Counted from the first letter of the stretch, positions 38,003 to 47,902 are shown. The stretch: 64,000 nucleotides of DNA from Candidatus Sericytochromatia bacterium (GCA_044356335.1 JBIKWL010000006.1:9848-73847); one strand, 5' to 3'. Numbers and translations are program-made. Notes: a model not told the origin generated them from the sequence alone.

Positions 38003-38554
38003 CTACTTATGTTTTTTTTTGTGTTTTTTTGCTGGGCGTCGGCCGGATCTGCGCCGGAGACGCTTCAACATCGAAACAATTTCATCGGCGAGTGTATGGC
38101 TAAAACCGCCCAACCACAAGCCCACAAACCCCACTCCCACATAAACAGGATTCTGAAAAAAGACGGCCGTCTGCTTGGCGAGGCCAAAACCCTGCTCTGC
38201 CAATTGAGCTTGGTCAAGGGCCAGGGCCACACGGGTCAGGGTGGCAAAAAGCAGGGCGACCCAAACCGAAAGGTAGAGCAAACGCGTCAGCACGCCCAGA
38301 ACCGGTCCGTGCGAAAAAGGGGAACGGTGAGGAACCAGTTTGCGGTAGGGGATCCAAATCCAGCGAAACCAGCCCCAACGCTTATATTGTACACTTTTTG
38401 TATCCAGATCTCCACTAAACATCAAGCCTGCGAACAAAAAGCAGGCAACCAGAAGGGCTGTAACACTCAATTCGTGCGAGATCATCCAGCCGAGCCAGGC
38501 CATTGGCAGGGCCGTGAACCATGTGATTTTGTCATGGGTTTTACCACTGGGCAC
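38003..38554 (-). CDS. DUF457/YdjM-like membrane-bound metal-dependent hydrolase
   Basis: 183 aa, multi-TM, with conserved His motifs (GKTHDK, SGDLDTKS...HRSPFSHG, FSHTLADEIV) matching the YdjM-family pattern. Basic C-terminal tail RRRSGRRPAKKHKKKHK. Confidence 0.45.
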   Translation of the reverse strand: MPSGKTHDKITWFTALPMAWLGWMISHELSVTALLVACFLFAGLMFSGDLDTKSVQYKRWGWFRWIWIPYRKLVPHRSPFSHGPVLGVLTRLLYLSVWVALLFATLTRVALALDQAQLAEQGFGLAKQTAVFFQNPVYVGVGFVGLWLGGFSHTLADEIVSMLKRLRRRSGRRPAKKHKKKHK

Positions 38555-38563
38555 AGGCAGAAC

Positions 38564-40021
38564 TCAATCGCTGCGAAGGCGTTCGACAAAAATATGTTTG
38601 CGGTCTTCCAATTCGCGAATGCCCCAGAGAATGGAGAGGCGATCGTGGGGCATCACAGCAAAGAGTTGGCCAATGCAGCGTTGGCCATCGACCCAGCCAA
38701 AAACAGCCTGGGCCAATTTGGAGAAAACCTCGTTTTTGGCGGGTTCGCGAATCAATTCCGGGATGTCCCGATCCTGATAATCGGGCCAGAGGGTTTCCAT
38801 CTCCTGCAGATAATTCTGGGCCTCTGCGAGCAGCACTTTCTGATCATAATCCAGGTATTGGCCAGAGCCTTCGGTAGGCGTGCCGGGAATAAATGAAAAA
38901 TTCCCGCTTTCCCAGGAGAGCAAATCCATCAGCAGCAAATCGCCGCCGAGGTGTTTGCCTTTGATATCCGCGTAGTGAATATTCCCGTGATTAAACCCAA
39001 TGCTGCCCTGTTGCCAGGCATTCCAGATCAGGCATAAACCATCTACTTGGGCCTGCATCAGGCGTGTCACGGCCTGCATGAGACGAAAGGATTCAAACAG
39101 GCGAATGCGGGGCAATATTGCTGGGCTCACCGATGTGGGGCTGGGTTCTGATTCGGGGTAGGCTTTGTCTAAGACGACCCGAACCATCTGTTGCAATTGG
39201 CGGCTGCTGGCAAAGCGGTGTTGGGGGAATTTTTGCATACAGCTCAGAATCAATTGGTTGAGATCGGGGCCGACGCTGGGGTTGAGTTGCATCGGCGGGA
39301 TGGGATCGCGACTGAAAATTTCGAGCACGGCGGTGCCAGGGTTGGAGGCATTAAAGGGCATTTTGCCCGTGAACAATTCGTACATCAACACACCCAACGC
39401 GTAGAGATCGCTCTGAGCGGTGATCAGACGGCTGTTTTGGATTTGTTCGGGCGACATATAAGCCACGGTTCCCAAGAGGCTACCATCAATCGTGAGTTGG
39501 TTTTGTCCCTCAATTTTGGCAATCCCAAAATCCAGTAATTTGACCTGTTTTCCCGTTATAATCATCACATTTTCGGGTTTAATGTCCCTGTGAATAATGT
39601 GTTTGGAGTGGGAGTATTCTAAGGCGTCCAATAATTGTTCGATCCAGAGCAGAATTTCGCGGTGGGAAGGGGCATGTCTTTCGACATATTCTTTTAGGCT
39701 CAACCCCTGTAAAAACTCCACCACCATAAAATAATCACTGCCAATTTGCTTAAAATCATAGACCGACATGATATTGGTATGGCGCAATAATTGCATCGTC
39801 AGGGCTTCATTGCGGAAACGCATAATCCGCATTTCGCGATCCGGGCCTGACATATCCGGAGAGAGAGTGAGATGTTTGACCGCCACTGTCTCACCCGAAG
39901 CAATGTCCATGGCTCTAAAAATGGCAGCTGTTGCGCCGCGGCCAATTTCTTCAATCAGAACATAGCGCCGATTCACCTCAAACCCTGGAGAAATATGCGA
40001 TGAATACAGGGAATCAGACAT
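38564..40021 (-). CDS. Ser/Thr protein kinase (Hanks-type) with C-terminal DUF4388-like domain
   Basis: Kinase subdomains IGRGATAAIFRA (Gly loop), VAVK, HRDIKPENVMI and DFGIAK. The C-terminal ~200 aa (...GLCLIWNAWQQGSIGFNHGNIHYADIKGKHLGGDLLLMDLLSWESGNFSFIPG) fit the DUF4388 pattern. Confidence 0.75.
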   Translation of the reverse strand: MSDSLYSSHISPGFEVNRRYVLIEEIGRGATAAIFRAMDIASGETVAVKHLTLSPDMSGPDREMRIMRFRNEALTMQLLRHTNIMSVYDFKQIGSDYFMVVEFLQGLSLKEYVERHAPSHREILLWIEQLLDALEYSHSKHIIHRDIKPENVMIITGKQVKLLDFGIAKIEGQNQLTIDGSLLGTVAYMSPEQIQNSRLITAQSDLYALGVLMYELFTGKMPFNASNPGTAVLEIFSRDPIPPMQLNPSVGPDLNQLILSCMQKFPQHRFASSRQLQQMVRVVLDKAYPESEPSPTSVSPAILPRIRLFESFRLMQAVTRLMQAQVDGLCLIWNAWQQGSIGFNHGNIHYADIKGKHLGGDLLLMDLLSWESGNFSFIPGTPTEGSGQYLDYDQKVLLAEAQNYLQEMETLWPDYQDRDIPELIREPAKNEVFSKLAQAVFGWVDGQRCIGQLFAVMPHDRLSILWGIRELEDRKHIFVERLRSD

Positions 40022-40085
40022 GGGCCGAGACAGTTAACAAAGGGGAATTAAACATATTTCTTATTGTACAGGAAGACAAGCAATC

Positions 40086-40478
40086 TCATGAAGCCTGTCT
40101 AAATAAGCGCTGTAACTCACGCAGCATAAACTGATCATCGATCGGCTTGAGCCAAGTTGCCAGGGGTTGGATATCTTTAATGCGGCTGTCTTTGCGCAGA
40201 ATGTCTGAATTACCCGTTAAAAAAATAACCGGAATATTGTACCGCTGACGCAACAGCAAAGCCGCTTCGACGCCGTTCATCTGGCCTGAAAGGCCAATGT
40301 CCATTAAGACGCAGTCAGGGGGCGTTCTGGCCGCTGCTGATAGCACTGCTTCGCCGCTGTTGACAGTGGCCAGGACCTGATGCCCTGCTTCGATTAAAAC
40401 AGTTTCCAAAAACATACTGATCACAAAATTGTCTTCGGCCACAATAAATGAATTTATCTGTTTGCTTGGATCCTTCAC
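40086..40478 (-). CDS. single-domain response regulator (CheY-like receiver)
   Basis: 130 aa with the receiver-domain pattern FIVAEDNFVISM...CVLMDIGLSGQMNGVE...PVIFLTGNS. Overlaps the upstream kinase gene by 4 nt. Confidence 0.8.
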   Translation of the reverse strand: MKDPSKQINSFIVAEDNFVISMFLETVLIEAGHQVLATVNSGEAVLSAAARTPPDCVLMDIGLSGQMNGVEAALLLRQRYNIPVIFLTGNSDILRKDSRIKDIQPLATWLKPIDDQFMLRELQRLFRQAS

Positions 40479-41938
40479 GAAGCGGTTTCCACCTCTTGAA
40501 AAGAGATTTTATAACAGCATCCCCGCTCTTGGGGGAGTTGCTCCAATCTGCCTTGCAATTGTTTTACCAAATTTTGGATCAAACGCAAACCGAGAGAGGG
40601 ACTCTTTGGCAAGTTCAGTTCGGCAGGCAGGCCGGGCCCATCATCGCTAAAAATCAAACAATAGCCGCCATGGAGCTGTTTGGCCAATTCCACCCGAATA
40701 CAACCTTCTAAGCGGTCCACAAAGGCATGTTTGAGGGCATTGGCGGTGAGCTCATTTAAGATCAATCCCAGCGGGATGGCTGTATCAATTTGAAAGAAGA
40801 TCTCATCAATCTTTAATTGCAGGCTTATTTTTTGTGCCGGAGAGGTCAGAATCTGCACCATTTGCTCCAAAAGCCGCTGTACATAATCTTTGTAAGGAAT
40901 ATGGCTGAGGCTGTCGGAGTCATATAACATCTCATGTACCATCGCAATGGAGGAGATCCGATGTTGGGTTTGGCGAATGGTTTCAACCGCTTCGGGGTTT
41001 TTGATATGGTTCATTTGCAGCGCCATTAAAGAGACAATCACCTGCAAATTATTTTTGACCCGGTGGTGAATTTCTTGTAAGAGAATTTCTTTTTCTTGGA
41101 GCGAGGCCCGAATTATTTCTTCGCTGACTTTGCGATTAAAAAACAAAGGGGTTTCTGCTGAACTGTGGTAGGTATCTGTAGCCAAATATTCACTGATGCG
41201 GTGGGGGGGAGCCATAATAAAGGTGCAGGAAGCATCTCCCCGCGCCCGGCAAGCAATTTCGACGGCTGTCAGCGGTATGCCAAAACTGGCCTCACACCAG
41301 CCTGATGAATAAGCCGCATTCATAATACACACGGCATCTTGAGAGCGTTGTCCGCGCGAAAGCCACGAGTCGGCTTCAAAGGAATACGGGTGATGGTATT
41401 TGAGAAAATAATTTTCATCGGGGCTGGGGTTGCTCTCTGGCAATATTTCGACAAAGCCCCAGCCCGCATAGGCAAAGTGAACAGGGCCTGCTGAGAGTTT
41501 TTCAACCGGGTCATGTAGTCCCATTTTGGCATGAAAACATTTGGCGTCGGCAATGCCAAGCACATGCCCGATATCAAAGAGAAAATCCTGTCCCGTCTGA
41601 AAGGCGGTTTGAGCATCTCGATCACTGTAGAGATGGCGCAGATAATTAAAAAAATCACAGGACAAGGATGACGCGCGCACCAAAACATAGCGTTCGTTTT
41701 CAACCTCGATTAAACCTTGAGTGGGTTTAAATACCAGATTTTCGAAATAGCGTTGGACGTTGTCTTGGGCCTGTTGAAAAATGGCTGAAAACGGCTCCGG
41801 GACGCTGACGGTTGCGCCGATTTCAGCGTGAATCACGGGTTGATGCTGCAGATCCTGTATTTCTTGTTCTAAAACGGCGATCCGCGCTAACAATTCTTCC
41901 CGTGAAAAATCTGCATAGTCCTGAATTTGTGTGCCCAT
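40475..41938 (-). CDS. sensor histidine kinase, HisKA_2/HWE-type, with N-terminal XylR-N/V4R (4-vinyl-reductase-like) ligand-sensing domain
   Basis: The N-terminal ~250 aa resemble the XylR/DmpR effector-sensing region and include the Cys-containing V4R-like segment GWCEASFGIPLTAVEIACRARGDASCTFIM. H-box LLQEIHHRVKNNLQVIVSL; ATPase LILNELTANALKHAF ... DDGPGLP. No TM segments, so cytoplasmic. Confidence 0.65.
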   Translation of the reverse strand: MGTQIQDYADFSREELLARIAVLEQEIQDLQHQPVIHAEIGATVSVPEPFSAIFQQAQDNVQRYFENLVFKPTQGLIEVENERYVLVRASSLSCDFFNYLRHLYSDRDAQTAFQTGQDFLFDIGHVLGIADAKCFHAKMGLHDPVEKLSAGPVHFAYAGWGFVEILPESNPSPDENYFLKYHHPYSFEADSWLSRGQRSQDAVCIMNAAYSSGWCEASFGIPLTAVEIACRARGDASCTFIMAPPHRISEYLATDTYHSSAETPLFFNRKVSEEIIRASLQEKEILLQEIHHRVKNNLQVIVSLMALQMNHIKNPEAVETIRQTQHRISSIAMVHEMLYDSDSLSHIPYKDYVQRLLEQMVQILTSPAQKISLQLKIDEIFFQIDTAIPLGLILNELTANALKHAFVDRLEGCIRVELAKQLHGGYCLIFSDDGPGLPAELNLPKSPSLGLRLIQNLVKQLQGRLEQLPQERGCCYKISFQEVETAS

Positions 41939-42126
41939 ATTTTTAGGATTATATTTAGGGTTATTTTAATACTCTGCTTGAATACTCTGTGTTAACAGAA
42001 ATCTGCCAATCTCATTAGGCCATATTTTGAAGTTAAAAGCAATCTGCCGAAAAAAAGGCAATCCAGTATAATCAAGACTGAGCTTTGCGTTCGCATTTTC
42101 GTGGGGAGATCATTCAGGTTTAATTT

Positions 42127-44052
42127 ATGTCAATATCACAAGCTGAAGTCTATTTTCAGGCTGCCCAGGCCCTCCAAGCGCAGGGCAATTTGGATGCGGC
42201 TGTCAGCCAATATCAGCAGGCCCTGCAATGCGATCCGCGTTTGGCCGCTGCTTATTTGCAATTGGCTCAGATGCAACAGACCTTGGGGCAGCCTGCACAA
42301 GCTGTGCAAAACCTCTTAAAATACATCCAATTTCGGCCTAACGAAGTGGCTGTGTATGTGGTGATTGGGAATCTATTGCTGTTTTTGAAACAACCGGAAC
42401 AGGCCCAGCGCTATTTTTTAAAGGCCCTTGAACTTGAACCGGGCCATCCCGAGGCGCTGAGTACCTGGCTGACAATTAAAACCGATCACGATCCCGCCAA
42501 AATGTTGGATCTTTTGCTGAGTATGGCTCAGTCTCAGCCCGAATTGCGGAGTATTATCGCCTGTCAAGTGGGTCGCATGATGGAGACTGTTCATAACAGT
42601 CAAGAAGCAGCTAAATGTTATGCTTTTGCTCTCGAAGATCCCCTTTTGATGGAGCGTCAAGCATGGGAATTAAAAAGCCAATTGCTCGTACCTGTGATCT
42701 CTCCCGATCGGGCCTATCAAGAAAAATACCTGCAAGGCACCCAAGCTTGGTTGGACCATTGGGAACAGGCTCCAGCACCTGAAACACCCTGGATTTTGCC
42801 TGATTTTAGCAATGTGGAGGCCTATTTCTTAAATTGGTTACCCCTTGAAGGCATGGCCTATACCTATCTCAATCCCTACCGTGAGCGTCAGCGTTTGGGG
42901 GCGATTCTCAAACGCTGGCTGCCGGTCTTGCCTCAAAGCAGCCGGACGTCTTTGCGCCCAGAGCGCCGCCGGGTTGGGTTTGTGCTTGGGCCCTCAGGCG
43001 CAGTTTTGAATTTTATGGTGGGTCTCTTGCAGCGTTTGCCTCCAGCTGATCTGGATGTGCATATTTTGCACACCCACCGCATCAGCGCTGCCCATTTTTC
43101 CCAAGAGCAGCTGCGCCCAGAATTTAACTACCATTTGCTGGCTGATGATTTGGCTGCGGCCTATCAGCAGGTTTTAGCCTTGGATTTGGATATTCTCTAT
43201 TTGACCGAACCCAATGCTCAGCAGCCCCTGCAATCGCTGCTTTCATCCTTTCGCCTGGCCCCGGTTCAGGTTACTTCTTGGTTGAGTTCAGGCAGTACAG
43301 GCCAGCCCGAAATGGATTATTTTCTCTCTTCTCATGTGCTTGAACAAGCTGAAAATCCCCAGCGTTTTTATAGCGAGCAACTGGTTTTACACCAAACCAT
43401 TCCGACTTATTTCTTTCGGCCCGAAACAGTCAATACTTATACTCGGGCGGATTATGGCTTGCCTGAAGCGGACCATTTGTATATTTGTCCCCATGTGATG
43501 AGTAAAATTCAGCCCGATTTGGACACGCTTTTTGAAGGCATTTTGCGCCAAGACCCGCTGGGCCATCTGGTCTTGCTCACCAATCCCGACAATCGCCACT
43601 ACCAGCGAATTTTGTTGCAGCGCTTTGAAAATACATTTCCCGATCTGATGTCTCGGATTTGGTTTCTGCCCTATCTCAAGCCGCAAGAGTATTTGAATTT
43701 ATTGACGCTGGGCGACGTGATGCTCGACCCACTCTATTTTGGGGGCGGCACCACGACCTATGAAGCTCTCTCAGCAGGGATTCCCATTATCACTTGGCCT
43801 GCCGATCGCCTGCATGGGCGGATTACCCATGCCTGTTATCTCAAAATGGGCCTGTCTGATTGTGTCGCACATTCTGCCGAGGACTATATTCAAAAAGCTG
43901 TTGCAATCGCCTCAGACCCCACACTCAATCAACGCATGCGTACGCAGATTCTGGCTCAGGCACCGCTGATCTTTGAAGAAGATCTTGCCGTGGACGAACT
44001 GATCGCTTTTTTATGCCAAGTAGAGGTGCGCGCCCGAAAGACGGCAACCTGA
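42127..44052 (+). CDS. TPR-repeat + GT41 (O-GlcNAc-transferase-like) glycosyltransferase, intact paralogue of the frameshifted gene at 14122..16339
   Basis: 641 aa. N-terminal TPRs, then ...RVGFVLGPS..., ...LDLDILYLTEPNAQ..., ...LAPVQVTSWLSSGSTGQPEMDYFLSSH... and ...FGGGTTTYEALSAGIPIITWPAD..., parallel to the other copy. Confidence 0.7.
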   Translation: MSISQAEVYFQAAQALQAQGNLDAAVSQYQQALQCDPRLAAAYLQLAQMQQTLGQPAQAVQNLLKYIQFRPNEVAVYVVIGNLLLFLKQPEQAQRYFLKALELEPGHPEALSTWLTIKTDHDPAKMLDLLLSMAQSQPELRSIIACQVGRMMETVHNSQEAAKCYAFALEDPLLMERQAWELKSQLLVPVISPDRAYQEKYLQGTQAWLDHWEQAPAPETPWILPDFSNVEAYFLNWLPLEGMAYTYLNPYRERQRLGAILKRWLPVLPQSSRTSLRPERRRVGFVLGPSGAVLNFMVGLLQRLPPADLDVHILHTHRISAAHFSQEQLRPEFNYHLLADDLAAAYQQVLALDLDILYLTEPNAQQPLQSLLSSFRLAPVQVTSWLSSGSTGQPEMDYFLSSHVLEQAENPQRFYSEQLVLHQTIPTYFFRPETVNTYTRADYGLPEADHLYICPHVMSKIQPDLDTLFEGILRQDPLGHLVLLTNPDNRHYQRILLQRFENTFPDLMSRIWFLPYLKPQEYLNLLTLGDVMLDPLYFGGGTTTYEALSAGIPIITWPADRLHGRITHACYLKMGLSDCVAHSAEDYIQKAVAIASDPTLNQRMRTQILAQAPLIFEEDLAVDELIAFLCQVEVRARKTAT

Positions 44053-44073
44053 CTCTAGACAGTGCCAGAGGGC

Positions 44074-45231
44074 TTAGTTTTGAACAGGGGCTTCCTGTGG
44101 AAAATGCAGGATTACGGTTGTGCCTGCTCCTGCTTCGGAATCGATCGTCATGCTGCCTCCGAGGACCGAGCTGACGAGGTTATCGACAATGGCCAGTCCC
44201 ATGCCGCTATAGCCTTCCTGTTTGCGGGTCGAGAAAAACGGGGAGCACACCTGGGGCAAAATCTCAGGGGCCATACCCAGTCCAAAATCCTGCACGCGCA
44301 AGACAAACCGTGAATCTTCAAAGTCCAGAATCAAGCGCACGGGTTCATCATCGAGCGGATAAGCATGGGCTTCACAATTATTGAGCAAATGCATCAGGGC
44401 TTCTGCCAATTGGGCCGGGTACCCCTGCCAAACTTGACTGGCGGCATCAGCTGAGACATGGAGTTCGAGCGGCAGTCGGCGCAAACTGGTCACCCGGTAC
44501 AATTCCTGCAGGCGGCTCCAAAATTGGGGCCAATTGACGGCTTGGCGGCGGGAGAGTACCTCAGCAGGGGCCACAGATTGCAGCGATTGCACCAACATCA
44601 GAGCGCGTCCGAGTAAGCTGCGAATATCTTCACAGGCCTCTTGTTTGGCTTCGGGCAGGCCGATCAGGAGCTTTTCGAGCTGGCTTTGGGCCTCGACCAG
44701 GGGCACTGCGACCTCTTGGGAGAGGCCTTGGACCATGCGGGTAATGGTCTGACGCTGAACCCGCCCCATTTCCAATTGCAGGGTTTGCTTTTGCAATTGC
44801 TCTTGAAAGAGGTGGTGATTCACGCCGCGCACTTTTTGGCTGATGGCTCCAATCACCTGCGAGAGCAATTCGGGCGAGGCTGCCAATTGGCGGAAAAAAG
44901 CATCGCGGTTGAGGGCAAAGAGTTGGCAGGGGCTTAACGTGACTGCTGTAGCGGTGCGTAGGCCCCCTTCGGCCAAGGCCAATTCGCCAAAAAACTCTCC
45001 GGCAGTTAAGGTGGCCAGGGGAGCGTCCTCGCCCTGGTCGTTGCGGGCCAGAATGGAGACCTCACCGGTCAAGATCAGGTAGAGGGCATCACCTGGATCG
45101 TCTTCACGAAAGAGCAGGTGATCCGCTTCATGGTTGATCACAGCACCACTGTCGACCAGCGATTTTAAGGTCTCGAAGGGAAGATTCTGAAAAAAGGGAA
45201 TTTTATGAAGCAATCCATACAATAATTCCAT
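44074..45231 (-). CDS. cyclic-nucleotide-binding (cNMP) domain protein fused to histidine-kinase-like ATPase (HATPase_c)
   Basis: N-terminus FFQNLPFETLKSLVDSGAVINHEADHLLFREDDPGDALYLILTGEV...FFGELAL (CAP/cNMP fold). C-terminus ...DFGLGMAPEILPQVCSPFFSTRK..GMGLAIV (G1/G2 boxes). The dimerisation/His region is non-canonical. Confidence 0.65.
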   Translation of the reverse strand: MELLYGLLHKIPFFQNLPFETLKSLVDSGAVINHEADHLLFREDDPGDALYLILTGEVSILARNDQGEDAPLATLTAGEFFGELALAEGGLRTATAVTLSPCQLFALNRDAFFRQLAASPELLSQVIGAISQKVRGVNHHLFQEQLQKQTLQLEMGRVQRQTITRMVQGLSQEVAVPLVEAQSQLEKLLIGLPEAKQEACEDIRSLLGRALMLVQSLQSVAPAEVLSRRQAVNWPQFWSRLQELYRVTSLRRLPLELHVSADAASQVWQGYPAQLAEALMHLLNNCEAHAYPLDDEPVRLILDFEDSRFVLRVQDFGLGMAPEILPQVCSPFFSTRKQEGYSGMGLAIVDNLVSSVLGGSMTIDSEAGAGTTVILHFPQEAPVQN

Positions 45232-45308
45232 GGTTTAAGCCCCTGCAAAAGAATTGAAGGTCGATAGACCTCTTTCAATTGTAGGCCCAAGCGCAACAGG
45301 ATGCAAAT

Positions 45309-46148
45309 TCAGAGTTTTTCGAGACAGAGCACAGGCAATTTGCCACTGCGCAGATCGCTGAGAAAAGAAATGGCTGTGCGGTCGAGGTCGATCTCGCCGC
45401 CTTTTTGCAAGAAGTTGCGCTGTCTGCCGATATCGGGTAAGTAAATCGGCTCTTGGCCAAAGGCCTTTTGCAAATAGCCTGGAAACTCCGTATGTAAAAG
45501 TTGCAGGCCGAGTTCGGCCAATTGCACAGGCGGGGCTGAGTGTTCACTGACTGAACCAATCAGGGCCAGTTTGAGGGCCACATGTTGATCTTCGAGTTTG
45601 GGGGGAATCACCCCCGGACTGTCGAGCAATTCCAGGTCTTTGGCAATACTCACCCATTGCATGCTCTTGGTCACGCCGGGTTTGTCGCCCACTTTCATCG
45701 AGCGCTTGTTGATCAGGGCATTGATCAGGGTCGATTTGCCCACATTGGGCAGCCCCATGATCAATGTGCGCAATTTGCGGGGGATGCGTCCCCGCTGTTT
45801 CATCTTGGCAGACAGCGCAGCATGATAGAGACCCAGCTCTTTGCGTAATTCCTGTACACCCTCACGGCCTGGAATATTCAGGGCCACTGTTGGGAACCCC
45901 TTTTCGCGCCAATAGGCCAAAGCCGCTTCAAGGCTTTCTTGTGGAGCCAGATCGGATTTGTTGATGGCCATGATGCGGGGTTTTTGTCCGAGCAATTCAT
46001 CGACAAAGGGAAAATGACTGCTTTTGGGCAGACGGGCATCCACCAATTCAACCACACAGTCGACGAGGGTGAGTTTTTCTTTGAGTTGGCGTTGGGCCTT
46101 GGCAATATGCCCAGGGTACCATTGAATCAAGCGGTCTTCGGTGGTCAT
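45309..46148 (-). CDS. rbgA: ribosome biogenesis GTPase A (YlqF/RbgA), circularly permuted GTPase
   Basis: The G4 motif (AINKSDL) precedes G1 (GLPNVGKSTLIN), and the N-terminus is WYPGHIAKA, as expected for RbgA. Confidence 0.8.
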   Translation of the reverse strand: MTTEDRLIQWYPGHIAKAQRQLKEKLTLVDCVVELVDARLPKSSHFPFVDELLGQKPRIMAINKSDLAPQESLEAALAYWREKGFPTVALNIPGREGVQELRKELGLYHAALSAKMKQRGRIPRKLRTLIMGLPNVGKSTLINALINKRSMKVGDKPGVTKSMQWVSIAKDLELLDSPGVIPPKLEDQHVALKLALIGSVSEHSAPPVQLAELGLQLLHTEFPGYLQKAFGQEPIYLPDIGRQRNFLQKGGEIDLDRTAISFLSDLRSGKLPVLCLEKL

Positions 46149-46171
46149 GAATTTTTCTGGTTTCTGTGGGT

Positions 46172-47902
46172 TTAGTGGGGAGCGATTTCAACAAAACTCA
46201 TCTCATTGCGGATCAGCGGGTGCATTTGCTGGCCGCGCACATAGGGCTGCACGAGTTTGTATTCGACATTGGTGTACAAGAAGATCCAGGGGGCATCTTC
46301 GATGATCATGCTCTCAGCGTCTTGGTAGAGTTTTTCACGCTCAGACCAGTTGACGGTGGTGCGGGCCTTGTTCACCAAGGTGTCAAAAGTTGGGTTTTTA
46401 TAGCGGGTCACGTTATCCTGGCCAATGTTTTTGCTGTTAAACAGGGTCCAGAGATAATTGTCGGGATCGGGATAATCTGCGGCCCAGCCGAATCTGAAAA
46501 AAGTCGCTTCGTTGCGTTTGATCTTTTCGATATACGAGGCCCATTCCATCGATTTGACCTCGATGTCTACACCGAGATCGCGCAAATCGGCCTGGACTGC
46601 GGCACCCAACATGGCATAGATTGCGCTCTGGTTGTGCCAAAAGGTCACTTTTAAAGGCTTGCCATTTTTGTCGAGAATGCCGTCACCATTGCTGTCGGTC
46701 CAACCGGCTTGGGCCATCATCGCTTTGGCTTTGTTTAAATCGTAGGGGTAGGGAATGGCGCGGTCGGCTTTAAAGGCGGGGAAGCCATTTGGCAAGACAC
46801 CGCGTGCAGGAATCCCGCGCCCGTTGCGCACCACGTCGATGATCTTGCGTTTATTCACGGCAAAATTAAAGGCCTGGCGCACGGTTTTGTCTTTAAAGGG
46901 CTCAGACTGGGTGTCCATACCCAGATACTGAATGGTCCACTCTTTGTCTTTGATCACGTTGGATTGGGCGGGATCATTCAGGCTTTCGATTTTACGAATC
47001 GCTTTGTTGCCGAGTTTGTTCCAGTGCGGATCGGTCAGGATGCGGTCAAAACTGGCGGCGGGAATCGGGGGCTCGAGATGCTCCAATTCGCCGTTTTCAA
47101 ACCAGAGCAGGCGAATATCTTCGCTGGGCACGATATAAAAGCGCAGTTCGTCGAGTTTTGGAATGCCAGGCTCAAAGAAATTCGGGTTTTTGACCAGCAC
47201 CAATTTTTGGTTGGACTTCCACTCTTTGAGCATAAAGGGGCCTGTGCCGGTGGCGTGAAAAGAAAATTGATCTTTCCATTTTTTGACTTCGTTTTGAGGC
47301 ACGACGTAATAATAAGACATTGCGAGCACGTGTAAGGCAAAGGGAATGACATCTTTGAGGGTAATCGAGACGGTGTAGTCGTCGATCACTTTGACACTGT
47401 CGAGGTGAACGGTCTGGCCCGCTTGGCAGGCCTTTTGGTACGCTTCGAGCCCGGCCAATGAAAGTCCATCGAGGGTCCACATGCCTTTGGAGGCATTGCG
47501 GGGATCCGCCAGGCGCTCAATCGAAAATTTGACATCCGAAGCGGTGAATGCGTCGCCATTGTGGAATTTAACGCCTTTGCGCAGTTGAAAGGTATAGGTT
47601 TTGCCATCGGGCGAAATTTTCCAGGACTCTGCCAGATCGGGCACCAGATCTGAGAGCTTTTGGTTGGGGCCCGTGATCCGGGGACGGTAGCGCACAAGGC
47701 CGTTGTAAATATTGTGGCCGACATCGTGGGACTGCGTATCGCCGATTTGAATCGGGTCAAGCGAGGGCACATCTCCTTCAAAGGCACTGCGGTAGACTTT
47801 TTTATTGCTGTCGGGAGGGCGACAGGCGCTCAGCGGAGAGAGCAATGCCCCTGTGCACAAAGCGGCGATACTCAAGCGAATCCACGGTTTAACGAGCTGC
47901 AT
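46172..47902 (-). CDS. ABC transporter substrate-binding lipoprotein, peptide/nickel (family 5, OppA/DppA-like)
   Basis: SBP_bac_5-like throughout. The likely start is MQLVKPWIRLSIAALCTGALLSPLSAC (lipobox) at 47902; the track ORF extends to 47983. Confidence 0.75.
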   Translation of the reverse strand: MQLVKPWIRLSIAALCTGALLSPLSACRPPDSNKKVYRSAFEGDVPSLDPIQIGDTQSHDVGHNIYNGLVRYRPRITGPNQKLSDLVPDLAESWKISPDGKTYTFQLRKGVKFHNGDAFTASDVKFSIERLADPRNASKGMWTLDGLSLAGLEAYQKACQAGQTVHLDSVKVIDDYTVSITLKDVIPFALHVLAMSYYYVVPQNEVKKWKDQFSFHATGTGPFMLKEWKSNQKLVLVKNPNFFEPGIPKLDELRFYIVPSEDIRLLWFENGELEHLEPPIPAASFDRILTDPHWNKLGNKAIRKIESLNDPAQSNVIKDKEWTIQYLGMDTQSEPFKDKTVRQAFNFAVNKRKIIDVVRNGRGIPARGVLPNGFPAFKADRAIPYPYDLNKAKAMMAQAGWTDSNGDGILDKNGKPLKVTFWHNQSAIYAMLGAAVQADLRDLGVDIEVKSMEWASYIEKIKRNEATFFRFGWAADYPDPDNYLWTLFNSKNIGQDNVTRYKNPTFDTLVNKARTTVNWSEREKLYQDAESMIIEDAPWIFLYTNVEYKLVQPYVRGQQMHPLIRNEMSFVEIAPH

